Assembly (NCBI GenBank): GCA_043822705.1
Contig: JBDRBK010000017.1
Span: forward strand, 1 to 22,485
Direction of reading: 5' to 3'
Length of the DNA: 22,485 nucleotides
Source: Fidelibacterota bacterium
GTDB lineage: Bacteria > Fidelibacterota > Marinisomatia > Marinisomatales > TCS56
Shown here: piece after piece, positions 9,741 through 18,463 of the stretch
Layout: every line of letters begins with the position of its first letter
How positions within the stretch are numbered: position 1 is the first letter of the stretch
Notes under the pieces: generated by a model
Database searches by the model: none
What the model saw: the letters and a program-made list of their open reading frames with translations, nothing else
Told to the model about the DNA's origin: nothing
Program-made: the position numbers and the translations under genes

Positions 9741-10649
9741 TTAACTCCGCGTAATTTCGTTGAAAAGGTTCCAGGCGCGACGATAATCCTCGAAAGTATC
9801 TACGTCGATCCAGGTCCGCCAAATGTCCAGGCCGACGATTTTTTCGCCCCGCCGGATCAACTCCTGTATGAAATCTATGAACGATGCCGTCCGGATTTGG
9901 AGTGCATCGTGAAATGGTGCCTCGGGATCCGTGCCGTAATAATCACACGCCTCTCGTAACGATTCGGCGGCGTGGGACGACAGTTTTGCCAGTCCGATGA
10001 ATTCGGTAACCGCTTCGGAATCGGAAGCTTCCGTGGTCACGGCATCCACTCGAAGAGCGTTATCAGTTTCGGTGATGCTGACCAGTTCCGGGGGATTGGG
10101 GTGGGCTTCGCGACTGTCCTGATAATGTTGTTTCCAGCCCCGGTCGATGACCAGCGTGGTATGGTCGGGTGATTCCGCCAGTTTTTTCAGAATTTCACCA
10201 TCGAACAGGATGTCCCCGTAAATTACCACTGTCTCCTTCTGAATAAATTCCAGGGCGGAAAAAAGCGAGACCAGACTGCCGCTGGTTTGATAGTCATCGT
10301 TGTCGTAGTACTGCAATCCGGGGTAATCAATCCGGTCTTTCTGGAAACCACGGACTACGGCGATATCGGTAATCCCTGCCGATCGGAGCATTTCCACCTG
10401 CCACTGTAGAATTGTTTTGCCCTTGATATCGAGCAGCGCTTTCGGGATCGACTCGGTCAGCGGAAAAAGATGTTTGTCTTTTCCGGCCGCCAGGATCACG
10501 GCCCGCAAACGGGAATCCGGTCGCCGGGAGGTCCGCTGGATTTCTTCGTCCAGCCGGGCACGAACCCATTCGGAAAAATTGATTTTCTTGGATTGGAGCC
10601 AGGATTCGTGGCGGTCGGATATCTTGATTGTTTTGGCAATTTTGGGCAT
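9741..10649 (-). CDS. LicC/PntC-like NTP transferase with N-terminal ribbon-helix-helix-like extension
   Basis: Residues 1-45 (KTIKISDRHESWLQSKKINFSEWVRARLDEEI) have an RHH-like strand-helix-helix pattern. They are followed by AVILAAG..PLT..PKALL, YGDILF, EFIGLAK and WIDVDTFEDY. Confidence 0.8.
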   Translation of the reverse strand: MPKIAKTIKISDRHESWLQSKKINFSEWVRARLDEEIQRTSRRPDSRLRAVILAAGKDKHLFPLTESIPKALLDIKGKTILQWQVEMLRSAGITDIAVVRGFQKDRIDYPGLQYYDNDDYQTSGSLVSLFSALEFIQKETVVIYGDILFDGEILKKLAESPDHTTLVIDRGWKQHYQDSREAHPNPPELVSITETDNALRVDAVTTEASDSEAVTEFIGLAKLSSHAAESLREACDYYGTDPEAPFHDALQIRTASFIDFIQELIRRGEKIVGLDIWRTWIDVDTFEDYRRAWNLFNEITRS

Positions 10650-10665
10650 AACAAACTAATGGTGC

Positions 10666-10681
10666 GTATGTACGTGCATAC
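10666..10681. promoter_or_regulatory. Candidate operator palindrome GTATGTACGTGCATAC
   Basis: 14/16 self-complementary. Lies between the predicted -10 and the ATG at 10649. Confidence 0.6.
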
Positions 10682-10682
10682 A

Positions 10683-10711
10683 AAATTATGTCGAAAGCCA
10701 GTTTCAGTCAA
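10683..10711 (-). promoter_or_regulatory. Sigma70-type promoter for the minus-strand operon
   Basis: TTGACT (10711-10706), 17-bp spacer, TAATTT (10688-10683) on the minus strand. Confidence 0.65.
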
Positions 10712-10774
10712 CAGGATTTTATAGTTCGCAGTAAATGATAATGGACCGCTACAAATGCTTGCCGACTACCCAAT

Positions 10775-10963
10775 CGTCCGACTGAAGAATGGAGCCCCAT
10801 GGGCAAAGCCCGTGGTACCTCCAAAAAATACCCTCCTACGCCAAGGCTTCGGAGGGTTATCCGCAGCTGGCGACATCCGCCGTAGCAACAATACATCATT
10901 TTGGGATGATGCTTCAGCATTCATCCACGGGCAGAGCCCGTGGTTTTATGCGTAGGCGGATAA
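10775..10963. mobile_element. Small non-coding palindromic element (REP/MITE-like, possibly a non-autonomous IS200/IS605 derivative)
   Basis: Two near-identical hairpins CCATGGGC-AAA-GCCCGTGG (10797-10815) and CCACGGGC-AGA-GCCCGTGG (10925-10943). Internal hairpins ACCCTCC..GGAGGGT (10830-10857) and CATCAT..ATGATG. Boundaries approximate. Confidence 0.6.
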
Positions 10964-11063
10964 AGTTTACCCGGACTGCCTCCGGTCATTGAAGCTATAC
11001 GATTCTATTTGCTTGGCGCACCCGGTGGAATAAAGCCGGACATATTCAAGCTTGCCGCGATGG

Positions 11064-12326
11064 CTATTCCCAGAATTGACTGAACTGTCCTTCGGTTTTA
11101 GGTTTGTACTGCACACCCTCGTAAATTGCCAGATCGTCGAGACTGGAATCAAATTTTTCCACCGGTGTGCGCCAGTCACCGAATCTTTCTTCCAGATAGG
11201 TTTCGACATCGGAAGGAATTTTATACCGGTAATTCTCCCAATCAATGGTATCCAGCTGGTCGTGGAAGCAGGCCCGCACTCTTTTCACGGTGTGGCTGTC
11301 CATCCAGTAATAGTACTCATCAAAGCGATACTTGACGAAAATATCCAGATGCAATTCCTTGTGCTTTAATAGTCGGAGAAATTTTTTAGCCACCAATTTC
11401 ACTTTAATGGCGCGCAGACTGCCGGGTAGACGTCCGGTGTAATTATGGCGGATGCTGGTCCAGTATTTTCGCGGAAGCTTATGGATATTATCCAACAGCC
11501 GCTGCGAATCCCGGGCATCGATACAGATATCGGCATCGTGATCCCAGGGCAACAGATCGCCGTTCCGGATTATGCCCAGCAGGGTGCCGCAGTCAAGCCA
11601 GTAACGGATATTATATTCATCAAGAAAAGCCACGGTATCCGCCAGAATCATTTTAACGGCGGGCAGGTTTTTGCCGGTGAGAGCGACCCCCTTCCGGAAG
11701 CGTTTTGGTTTGGTCCAGCGGGTCTTGCGGGGGAGCTTGAACAACTCTTCTTTAGAAATAATTGCGCCGTCATCGGAGGTGGTGTGCCAGTACTGTACCG
11801 GTGTTTTCCAGTCGCCGTACCTTTCAGTTAAATAGGCCGCGGTATTACCGGGAATGGGGAAGGATACGGAGCCGATCTGCAGGGATCCCAGGTTTGAAAA
11901 ATAATCGGCGGAAATTTGCTTGCAGGCGATACCGCTGGCCCAACGGATATGGTCCCCATGGGGAAATTTAAGGGTGATATTCAACCCGAATTTATGGCGG
12001 CGGGTAAATCGTGGCACCAGGTAAATCTTGGTAACGTTGCCGTCGATCCATTCATAACCGGTGCGATCGTATTTGAACGTCATTATATACCAGGGTGAGA
12101 AAGCCGCTTTCAACTTGAGAATTGCTTCATAATCCCGGCTGAAGATTCCAACTGTTTGATTCTTCAGGTTTGGGAGAATCCGCTGATCCCGGTACAAACT
12201 CAGCAGTGTTCCCGAATCCAACCAGAAGGGGATTCCGTTCTTTTCCAGAATATTTTTCGTTTTCAGGAGCAATCGGAGCGCTCCCTTAGCGTTGTAATTA
12301 CGTGGCGTCTTTATTTTTGTAGTCAA
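11064..12326 (-). CDS. LicD-family phosphotransferase with two tandem LicD domains
   Basis: TTG start after GAGGGG. Domain 1: FWLDSGTLL..R and YLTERYGDWKTP. Domain 2: YWLDCGTLLGIIR..LLPWDHDAD, LDIF and YLEERFGDWRTP. Confidence 0.85.
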   Translation of the reverse strand: MTTKIKTPRNYNAKGALRLLLKTKNILEKNGIPFWLDSGTLLSLYRDQRILPNLKNQTVGIFSRDYEAILKLKAAFSPWYIMTFKYDRTGYEWIDGNVTKIYLVPRFTRRHKFGLNITLKFPHGDHIRWASGIACKQISADYFSNLGSLQIGSVSFPIPGNTAAYLTERYGDWKTPVQYWHTTSDDGAIISKEELFKLPRKTRWTKPKRFRKGVALTGKNLPAVKMILADTVAFLDEYNIRYWLDCGTLLGIIRNGDLLPWDHDADICIDARDSQRLLDNIHKLPRKYWTSIRHNYTGRLPGSLRAIKVKLVAKKFLRLLKHKELHLDIFVKYRFDEYYYWMDSHTVKRVRACFHDQLDTIDWENYRYKIPSDVETYLEERFGDWRTPVEKFDSSLDDLAIYEGVQYKPKTEGQFSQFWE

Positions 12327-12518
12327 GTAATCCCCTCTTCTACACAGGCTGTGATTTAGTAAGTTGCTGGTGTTGATTTCGATTTTTACTGTCTAATAAA
12401 AATACGCTGTCCACGGGAAAAACAGTCAATGGAACTGCGAAAGCTGCAACATCGATCATTAGTAATGTAAATTTAAAGCTAAATTAATTAAGTTCTGTTA
12501 ATAATTCCCCTGAAGCGC

Positions 12519-14366
12519 ATGGCACGATCGACCTACAAACGCATTATCGGTCTGGTATTCCAATACTGGCCCAGCCTCCTGGTAGCTACACTGGCGGCCT
12601 TTGTCTTTGTAGCCCTCAAGGGCGCATCGGTCTGGTTGACTGCCTCGCTCATCAACAACCTGCTGACTGATTTCGATGAACTGCTCCATGAGAGCGAACG
12701 CATCCTTGCCAGTCAGGCGCCCAGCATCAATGATCAGTTGAAGCTGTGGACCAACCAGTTGATCCTGCGCCCCACTCCGGTCGAGACCCTCAAGGTTCTT
12801 TGTATAACGATTCTGGTTACCTTCATTGCCAAGAATATCTTCCTGTACATCAAGAATATTTTACTTTCGATTATCCAGTACAAATTGATCACCCGGTTGC
12901 GGGAGGATTTGTATCAGCATTACCACACCCTTTCCCTGTCCTTCTTCAATTCGCGGAAATCAGGTGTATTATCTTCCATTCTGATCAACGACATCGCCAA
13001 CATGCGCCGCACCTTCGCTACCAGCTTTCACAAATTGTTTGTGGAACCGATCAATATCCTGTTTATGGTCGGTCTGCTTTTTGTGATTAGTTGGAAGCTC
13101 ACTTTAATCGCCGTACTGGTAGTCCCGTTGGCCGGTGTCAGTATAATTTCGGTAGGACGCAGCATTCGCCGTAAATCGCATCGCACGTCCGTTAAAATAG
13201 CCGGGATTATGAACATCATCAATGAGACTTTCACGTCCATGCGGATCGTCAAAGCCTTCGTCATGGAAAAATACGAGGTCGGCCGCTTCAAACGTGAAAC
13301 CGGCAAGTATTACCAACTGCTCATGCGGCGGGCCCGTCTCCGTCATTTATCTTCCCCGATCACAGAAACGCTGGGCGTCCTTATCGGTGTCACTATCCTA
13401 TGGTTCGGGGGCCTGGAGGTGTTCAGTCATCAGGGTATCACGGCGGAAGATTTTATCCGCTTCGTCATGATCATGTTTTCCATCCTGACCCCGATTAAAT
13501 CGCTGAGTCAAGTCAACATTGATATTCAGATCGGCATCGCATCCGCCGATCGAATCTTTAAGATTTTAGACACGGAACCTTCCATCAGGGAAGTCCCGGA
13601 CGCAACCGAGAAAACGGCATTCGACACCAGCATCAGTTACAATAGTGTTTCCTTTCACTATCAGGAGGGCGACGAGCGCGTTCTCAGCGATGTCAGCTTT
13701 ACACTGCACAAGGGGCAGGTGGTGGCCCTGGTGGGGCCCAGTGGCGCCGGTAAATCCACCATCGCGGACCTGATCCCGCGTTTTTATGACGTGGAGTCGG
13801 GATCGATCACGATCGACAACATTGATATTCGTCAGATGACCCTGAATTCCCTGCGCAGTCTCATGGGAATTGTAACTCAGGATACCATTCTCTTCAATGA
13901 TACCATCCGGGCCAATATTGCCTACGGTCTGCCGGATGTACCACAGGAAGCTATCCAGGCCGCTGCCGAAACGGCCAATGCGTTGGAATTTATCGAACGG
14001 TTGCCCAACGGATTCGATACGATGGTTGGTGAAAAAGGAGTAAAATTTTCCGGCGGGCAACGACAGCGTCTGGCAATCGCACGTGCGGTTCTGAAAAATC
14101 CACCAATTCTAATCCTGGACGAAGCCACCTCGTCGCTGGATACGGAGTCAGAGCTGAAAGTACAAACGGCAATCGAATCGCTGATGCGGGACCGCACTAC
14201 GCTGGTCATTGCGCACCGGCTGTCAACGGTCCAGAACGCCGACAAAATTATAGTGCTGGAACACGGTCGAATAGTCGGCTCCGGTACCCACAATGAGTTA
14301 ATAGAAATTGACGGACTGTACAAATATCTGTATTCGATTCAATTTCAAGATCCCCGACTGAAGTGA
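12519..14366 (+). CDS. ABC exporter, fused TMD-NBD, MsbA/PglK-like glycolipid flippase
   Basis: N-terminal TM domain, Walker A GPSGAGKST, signature FSGGQRQR, Walker B ILILDEATS, H-loop IAHRLST. Confidence 0.92.
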   Translation: MARSTYKRIIGLVFQYWPSLLVATLAAFVFVALKGASVWLTASLINNLLTDFDELLHESERILASQAPSINDQLKLWTNQLILRPTPVETLKVLCITILVTFIAKNIFLYIKNILLSIIQYKLITRLREDLYQHYHTLSLSFFNSRKSGVLSSILINDIANMRRTFATSFHKLFVEPINILFMVGLLFVISWKLTLIAVLVVPLAGVSIISVGRSIRRKSHRTSVKIAGIMNIINETFTSMRIVKAFVMEKYEVGRFKRETGKYYQLLMRRARLRHLSSPITETLGVLIGVTILWFGGLEVFSHQGITAEDFIRFVMIMFSILTPIKSLSQVNIDIQIGIASADRIFKILDTEPSIREVPDATEKTAFDTSISYNSVSFHYQEGDERVLSDVSFTLHKGQVVALVGPSGAGKSTIADLIPRFYDVESGSITIDNIDIRQMTLNSLRSLMGIVTQDTILFNDTIRANIAYGLPDVPQEAIQAAAETANALEFIERLPNGFDTMVGEKGVKFSGGQRQRLAIARAVLKNPPILILDEATSSLDTESELKVQTAIESLMRDRTTLVIAHRLSTVQNADKIIVLEHGRIVGSGTHNELIEIDGLYKYLYSIQFQDPRLK

Positions 14367-15406
14367 GTTTCTATTACATCAGCAATCAGATTTATCAGTT
14401 TCTGTATTCCGAGCCCGTTTATCGGGAATTGGGCGGAACCTTCCTGACCTGGAAATACCGTACTTATCTGCGGCTGAAGAAACAATTTTTTCTGAATCGC
14501 TTAAAAAATCCCCAAGATCCGTACCCGCCGATCCGGCATGTGAACCGCTACAACATCACCGGCGACGACGGCGTACTTATTGCCAACAGCCTGCACCGGA
14601 TCGGGTATGATCGAACCAGGCATAAGCTGATACTTATGTACCATGGTACCTCTGATAAAATCCCCCGGGTATCCGCCCAGGTGGCCGGCCAGTTCGACTA
14701 TTACTTCCTGACCGGACCGAAGAACGAACAAAAACTGGCCGGGGCAGCCGGGATTAATTGGGATTCGGAGCGGCTGATTCGAACTGGCAACTGGATGTTT
14801 GACAGTATTGTAAACAATAACTATGACGTCGACGAAATTCGACGAAAATATGATATTACGGATACCTCCCGGCCGACAGTTTTATATGCGCCGACCTGGA
14901 GTTACGGCGGCGGTACGCTATTTAACAATTTTGAAAATTTCATAACAACCATTCCCGAGCAATATAACCTGATTATCCGGCCGCATTATGCCGAAAGAAA
15001 GTATATCCCGAAATTAGCTCGGATGGTGCCGGCGAAGTTTAAACAAAGGGTCAGTTTTGTCAATTCGGCCAATATTTTTAAATACCATTTCATGGAGAAC
15101 CTGTTTATTGCCGACCTGCTGCTGAGCGATACATCTTCGATGGTATATGAATATTTAATCATGCGGCGCCCATTAATTATCTGCGCTACCGAATCGCCGG
15201 AAGTTTCACAAAATGATTATGGGACGAATATTGCCGATCAGGTCGACAAGTATCGGCCGGGCGATGATGTTATGAAAATGATCAAGAAAAATCTGGATGA
15301 TAAATCAATCCGCAATGATATGGATAAGCTGCTCCATCATTTCTTTTACTTTAACGATGGAAAATCGACACAGCGTTGTATTGATTTTTTAAAGACTGTG
15401 TCATAG
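14363..15406 (+). CDS. CDP-glycerol:glycerophosphotransferase (TagF-like) family protein 1
   Basis: GTG start overlaps the ABC stop (GTGA). MYHGTSDK, VLYAPTW, IRPH, SDTSSMVYEY, DGKSTQR. Confidence 0.8.
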   Translation: MSFYYISNQIYQFLYSEPVYRELGGTFLTWKYRTYLRLKKQFFLNRLKNPQDPYPPIRHVNRYNITGDDGVLIANSLHRIGYDRTRHKLILMYHGTSDKIPRVSAQVAGQFDYYFLTGPKNEQKLAGAAGINWDSERLIRTGNWMFDSIVNNNYDVDEIRRKYDITDTSRPTVLYAPTWSYGGGTLFNNFENFITTIPEQYNLIIRPHYAERKYIPKLARMVPAKFKQRVSFVNSANIFKYHFMENLFIADLLLSDTSSMVYEYLIMRRPLIICATESPEVSQNDYGTNIADQVDKYRPGDDVMKMIKKNLDDKSIRNDMDKLLHHFFYFNDGKSTQRCIDFLKTVS

Positions 15407-15456
15407 GCGGAGCACTATTGGTTTTTTTTATGCAACCGAAATAAACTTGTGCCACT

Positions 15457-16584
15457 ATGATTAAACCAGTTAAAATTGTTTTTGATACATTTCACCTTTA
15501 CCATTTACCGCAGTTCGATCCAATAATCGAATTGTTACGGCAAGATAATCGCTTCGAAATATATCTTACCTGTTCTTCCTCCATCGATAAAGTCGAATAT
15601 CAATTAGCACAAAAAATAATTCGGAATCGGGGCCTGAAGTTCATCGCCGCCGATTCAGAACAGCAACGGAAAGAAAAAATCCGTGGATTAAATCCAGCGG
15701 TATTCATTTGCGGGTGGTCCCGGTATCCGATCAGTGAATACGTTCCTGATTCCACCCTGGTGGGAATGGTGTACCACGGAATCGGCGTTAAACCATCCTA
15801 CTGGCGCGATAATAGCAAACGACTTGATATCAGGTTTGTCGAAGGCAGTTTTCGTGAAAAACAACTAAAGGATTATGGGATACAAACTGAACTGGCCATA
15901 GCCGGTTATGCCAAACTCGATCCCCTTTTCAATGGCAGTTTACCACCCCGGGATCAATTATTAAGGGAATGGGGGCTGGCACCGGAAAAACCGACCCTGT
16001 TATATGCCCCGACTTTTTATCCCAGTTCCCTTGAAAAATTTGGTGAAAGACTGGCGCTGGATACCCGGGAATTCAATCTGATAATCAAGCCGCATATGTG
16101 GGTATATTTTCTGGATCGTTTTGGCGGGGTTAATCTCAAACCCCAACGACAATTGTTGAAGAAATTTGAAAAATACCGTCACATCTACATCCCGCCCCCG
16201 GAGGTCTACAATATCGTGCCATTCTATCATGCCAGCGATCTGTTGATCACCGAGGCTTCTTCGACCATCTATGAAATGATGGCACTAGATAAACCGGTAA
16301 TACTGTGTAAATTTTTCAAACTCAAATTGGGACACCGAATCTTCAAAAATCGCCTATATAAACGGCGCCTCGACAAGAATATGAGCATGGAATTGAATGA
16401 CTTTTGCCTGGATTTGGCAAAACCCGGTATGTTGAAATCTGTAGTAAGACAGGCACTCAGTGGAATTGATCCGAATCCAGCCTTAAGAGAGAAATATAAA
16501 GCAGAAATGCTGTATCAATTAGATGGCAAAGCGGCGGAACGAATCCGTGCAGTTATTCTTAAAAAATTATCAATCATCAATTGA
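15457..16584 (+). CDS. TagF-like glycerophosphotransferase family protein 2
   Basis: VYHGIG, GYAKLD, LLYAPTF, IKPH, TEASSTIYE, DGKAAERI. Confidence 0.82.
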   Translation: MIKPVKIVFDTFHLYHLPQFDPIIELLRQDNRFEIYLTCSSSIDKVEYQLAQKIIRNRGLKFIAADSEQQRKEKIRGLNPAVFICGWSRYPISEYVPDSTLVGMVYHGIGVKPSYWRDNSKRLDIRFVEGSFREKQLKDYGIQTELAIAGYAKLDPLFNGSLPPRDQLLREWGLAPEKPTLLYAPTFYPSSLEKFGERLALDTREFNLIIKPHMWVYFLDRFGGVNLKPQRQLLKKFEKYRHIYIPPPEVYNIVPFYHASDLLITEASSTIYEMMALDKPVILCKFFKLKLGHRIFKNRLYKRRLDKNMSMELNDFCLDLAKPGMLKSVVRQALSGIDPNPALREKYKAEMLYQLDGKAAERIRAVILKKLSIIN

Positions 16585-16804
16585 TTTATTCCAAATAATT
16601 AATGGCAATAACTATTGAAGATCACGCAATCGGTTGCTGGCAATAGTATGAAATTGATATCACTGACCAAAGATCGCCCGTTTGTTTTAGCACCGGCGTT
16701 GATCGTAAAGGACCGCAACAAAGTCTCCGAGTGTATCCGGGTAGAGAAACTCCAGTTGTTGAAATGGATTCCGGAATAACCGCAGGCGCTTATCGGTGAA
16801 TTGA

Positions 16805-17410
16805 ATGAGTGGCAAAATTAAACTGCAAGGCCGGTATCGCCGAATCGCTGAAAAACTGTTAAAAAGGATCACCGGCGTCCTGTATAGCTGCGGCATTCCC
16901 TATTGGCTGGATTATGGCACCCTGCTGGGAATTGTGCGCGAACAGCGGCTACTGCCCTGGGACAGTGACATGGATATCTCGATTGCCAGAAAGGATCTTG
17001 ACCGGCTGCTGGCGAACCTGTGGCGATTCCGAATTCGCGGGTACAAAGTTCGTATCCGCTACCATCGCCAGGATGACCACCCGCTGAAAAAAGGATCAGT
17101 GCGCCTGATTAAAATTTTCAACCGTAAATACCTGGTAGCCCGAGGTGATGTGATGCTGGATATCTTTGTTAATACCAGAGTCGAAGAAGCTTACACCCTG
17201 GTAATGGGAATTAAAAACTATACCAGATTTTCCGTCCCGGCCCATTATTTCGACAATCTGGGCACGATCCGGTTTCGCGATCGTCCCTATTCCGTACCGG
17301 CTGAATATGAAGAATATCTCGCCTACCGCTACGGTGATTGGAGAACTCCCCGGGAAGATTGGAATTTCTACAAAGATGATTTAGCAATCAGCAACAGTGA
17401 TCAAACCTGA
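16805..17410 (+). CDS. LicD-family phosphotransferase
   Basis: YWLDYGTLLGIVRE..LLPWDSDMDI, LDIF, YLAYRYGDWRTP. Confidence 0.88.
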   Translation: MSGKIKLQGRYRRIAEKLLKRITGVLYSCGIPYWLDYGTLLGIVREQRLLPWDSDMDISIARKDLDRLLANLWRFRIRGYKVRIRYHRQDDHPLKKGSVRLIKIFNRKYLVARGDVMLDIFVNTRVEEAYTLVMGIKNYTRFSVPAHYFDNLGTIRFRDRPYSVPAEYEEYLAYRYGDWRTPREDWNFYKDDLAISNSDQT

Positions 17411-17437
17411 TACGCGGAATTCAGTAAGGGTCCACCA

Positions 17438-18463
17438 ACGAAATATCTATTTTTCATAACGAAACCTTATTCGGTGCCAATCCTGGAACCAATTCAGGAC
17501 TATATCGACGCTACCGGTATAGGTGTTGTTCGCTGGTTTGCCGCCAGTTCGGCCAGAAAAGTTGAACTTCCCGGCGAACAGTTAAAAAACACGCCCGAAG
17601 TAATCGATTATAATCCCGATGCCGTAATCGTCCCTGGTAATGTCGTACCCCATTTCTGGCCCGGTCTGAAAGTGCAGATATTTCACGGTCTCGGTGAGGA
17701 TAAGAAAGGTCATTACCGGATTACCGGTTTTTTCGATCTGTACTGCACCCCGGGTCCTTTCATCACCTCCCGGTTCGAAGCGCTGGCCCGCCGTCACCAC
17801 AACTTTCTGGTGCGGGAAACGGGCTGGCCCAAACTGGATCGCCTGGTGAATCCGCCGCCCCGCGCCGAACTGAAAAAACAAATGGGATTCGCGCCCGATC
17901 TACCACTGATCCTGTATGCCCCTACATTCAGCCCAAAATATTCATCCGCTGGCGAATTGGCCGGCGCCATCGGCCGACTACAGGGTCGTCCCTGGCAGTG
18001 GCTGATTAAATTCCATGACCTGATGGACAAATCGGTAATAGAAAACTATCGTAAGCTGGAATCAGGGTTGCTGCGAATCAGCACCGACGACGATATCATC
18101 CCCCTGTTGCAGGCCACCGACGTACTTGTTTCGGATACATCGTCAGTGACTTATGAATACCTTATGCTCGACCGTCCGATTATAACTTACCGGGCGGCGG
18201 TCCGTACGGATCAGGGCATCAATATTTTTGAACCGCTGCAACTGGAGGCGGCCGTCGAGAGTGCCTTAACCAATCCCGCCGCTTATCAGGAACAGCGAAA
18301 ACACTACCTGAACGATCTGCATCCTTACCGGGACGGTCAGTCATCTCGGCAGGTGCTTGAAGCAATCGAATGGGCGCTGGATGCTGACCGGCTGGAAAAC
18401 CTCCGCCGTAAACCGCTTAACCTGCTGCGCAAGCGACAGATACGAAAGATCGTGTCATGGTAA
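17438..18463 (+). CDS. TagF-like glycerophosphotransferase family protein 3 (start uncertain: ACG 17438 or GTG 17474)
   Basis: QIFHGLG, GWPKLD, ILYAPTF, IKFH, SDTSSVTYEY, DGQSSRQV. In-frame KYLFFITKPYS lies upstream of the GTG. Confidence 0.8.
   Translation, partial: TKYLFFITKPYSVPILEPIQDYIDATGIGVVRWFAASSARKVELPGEQLKNTPEVIDYNPDAVIVPGNVVPHFWPGLKVQIFHGLGEDKKGHYRITGFFDLYCTPGPFITSRFEALARRHHNFLVRETGWPKLDRLVNPPPRAELKKQMGFAPDLPLILYAPTFSPKYSSAGELAGAIGRLQGRPWQWLIKFHDLMDKSVIENYRKLESGLLRISTDDDIIPLLQATDVLVSDTSSVTYEYLMLDRPIITYRAAVRTDQGINIFEPLQLEAAVESALTNPAAYQEQRKHYLNDLHPYRDGQSSRQVLEAIEWALDADRLENLRRKPLNLLRKRQIRKIVSW

Noticed and set aside
9739..9822. 28-aa N-terminal extension of the cytidylyltransferase in the ORF track
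   Set aside because: Overlaps the upstream gene. ATG 9738 has a GGAG RBS and matches the family N-terminus.
10797..10943. Repeated hairpin as a CRISPR array
   Set aside because: Only two 19-bp copies about 110 bp apart, and no cas genes.
10708..10992. Short ORFs across the hairpin element
   Set aside because: They translate palindromic repeat sequence and show no transposase motif.
12519..14366. Assigning the symbol msbA
   Set aside because: The family fits, but lipid A versus other glycolipid substrate cannot be told from sequence, and no lpx genes are nearby.
17408..17410. TGA as selenocysteine or a genome-wide recoded codon
   Set aside because: The position is a linker rather than a catalytic site, no obvious SECIS hairpin follows, and TGA ends other genes normally (6298, 14366, 16584, 21607).
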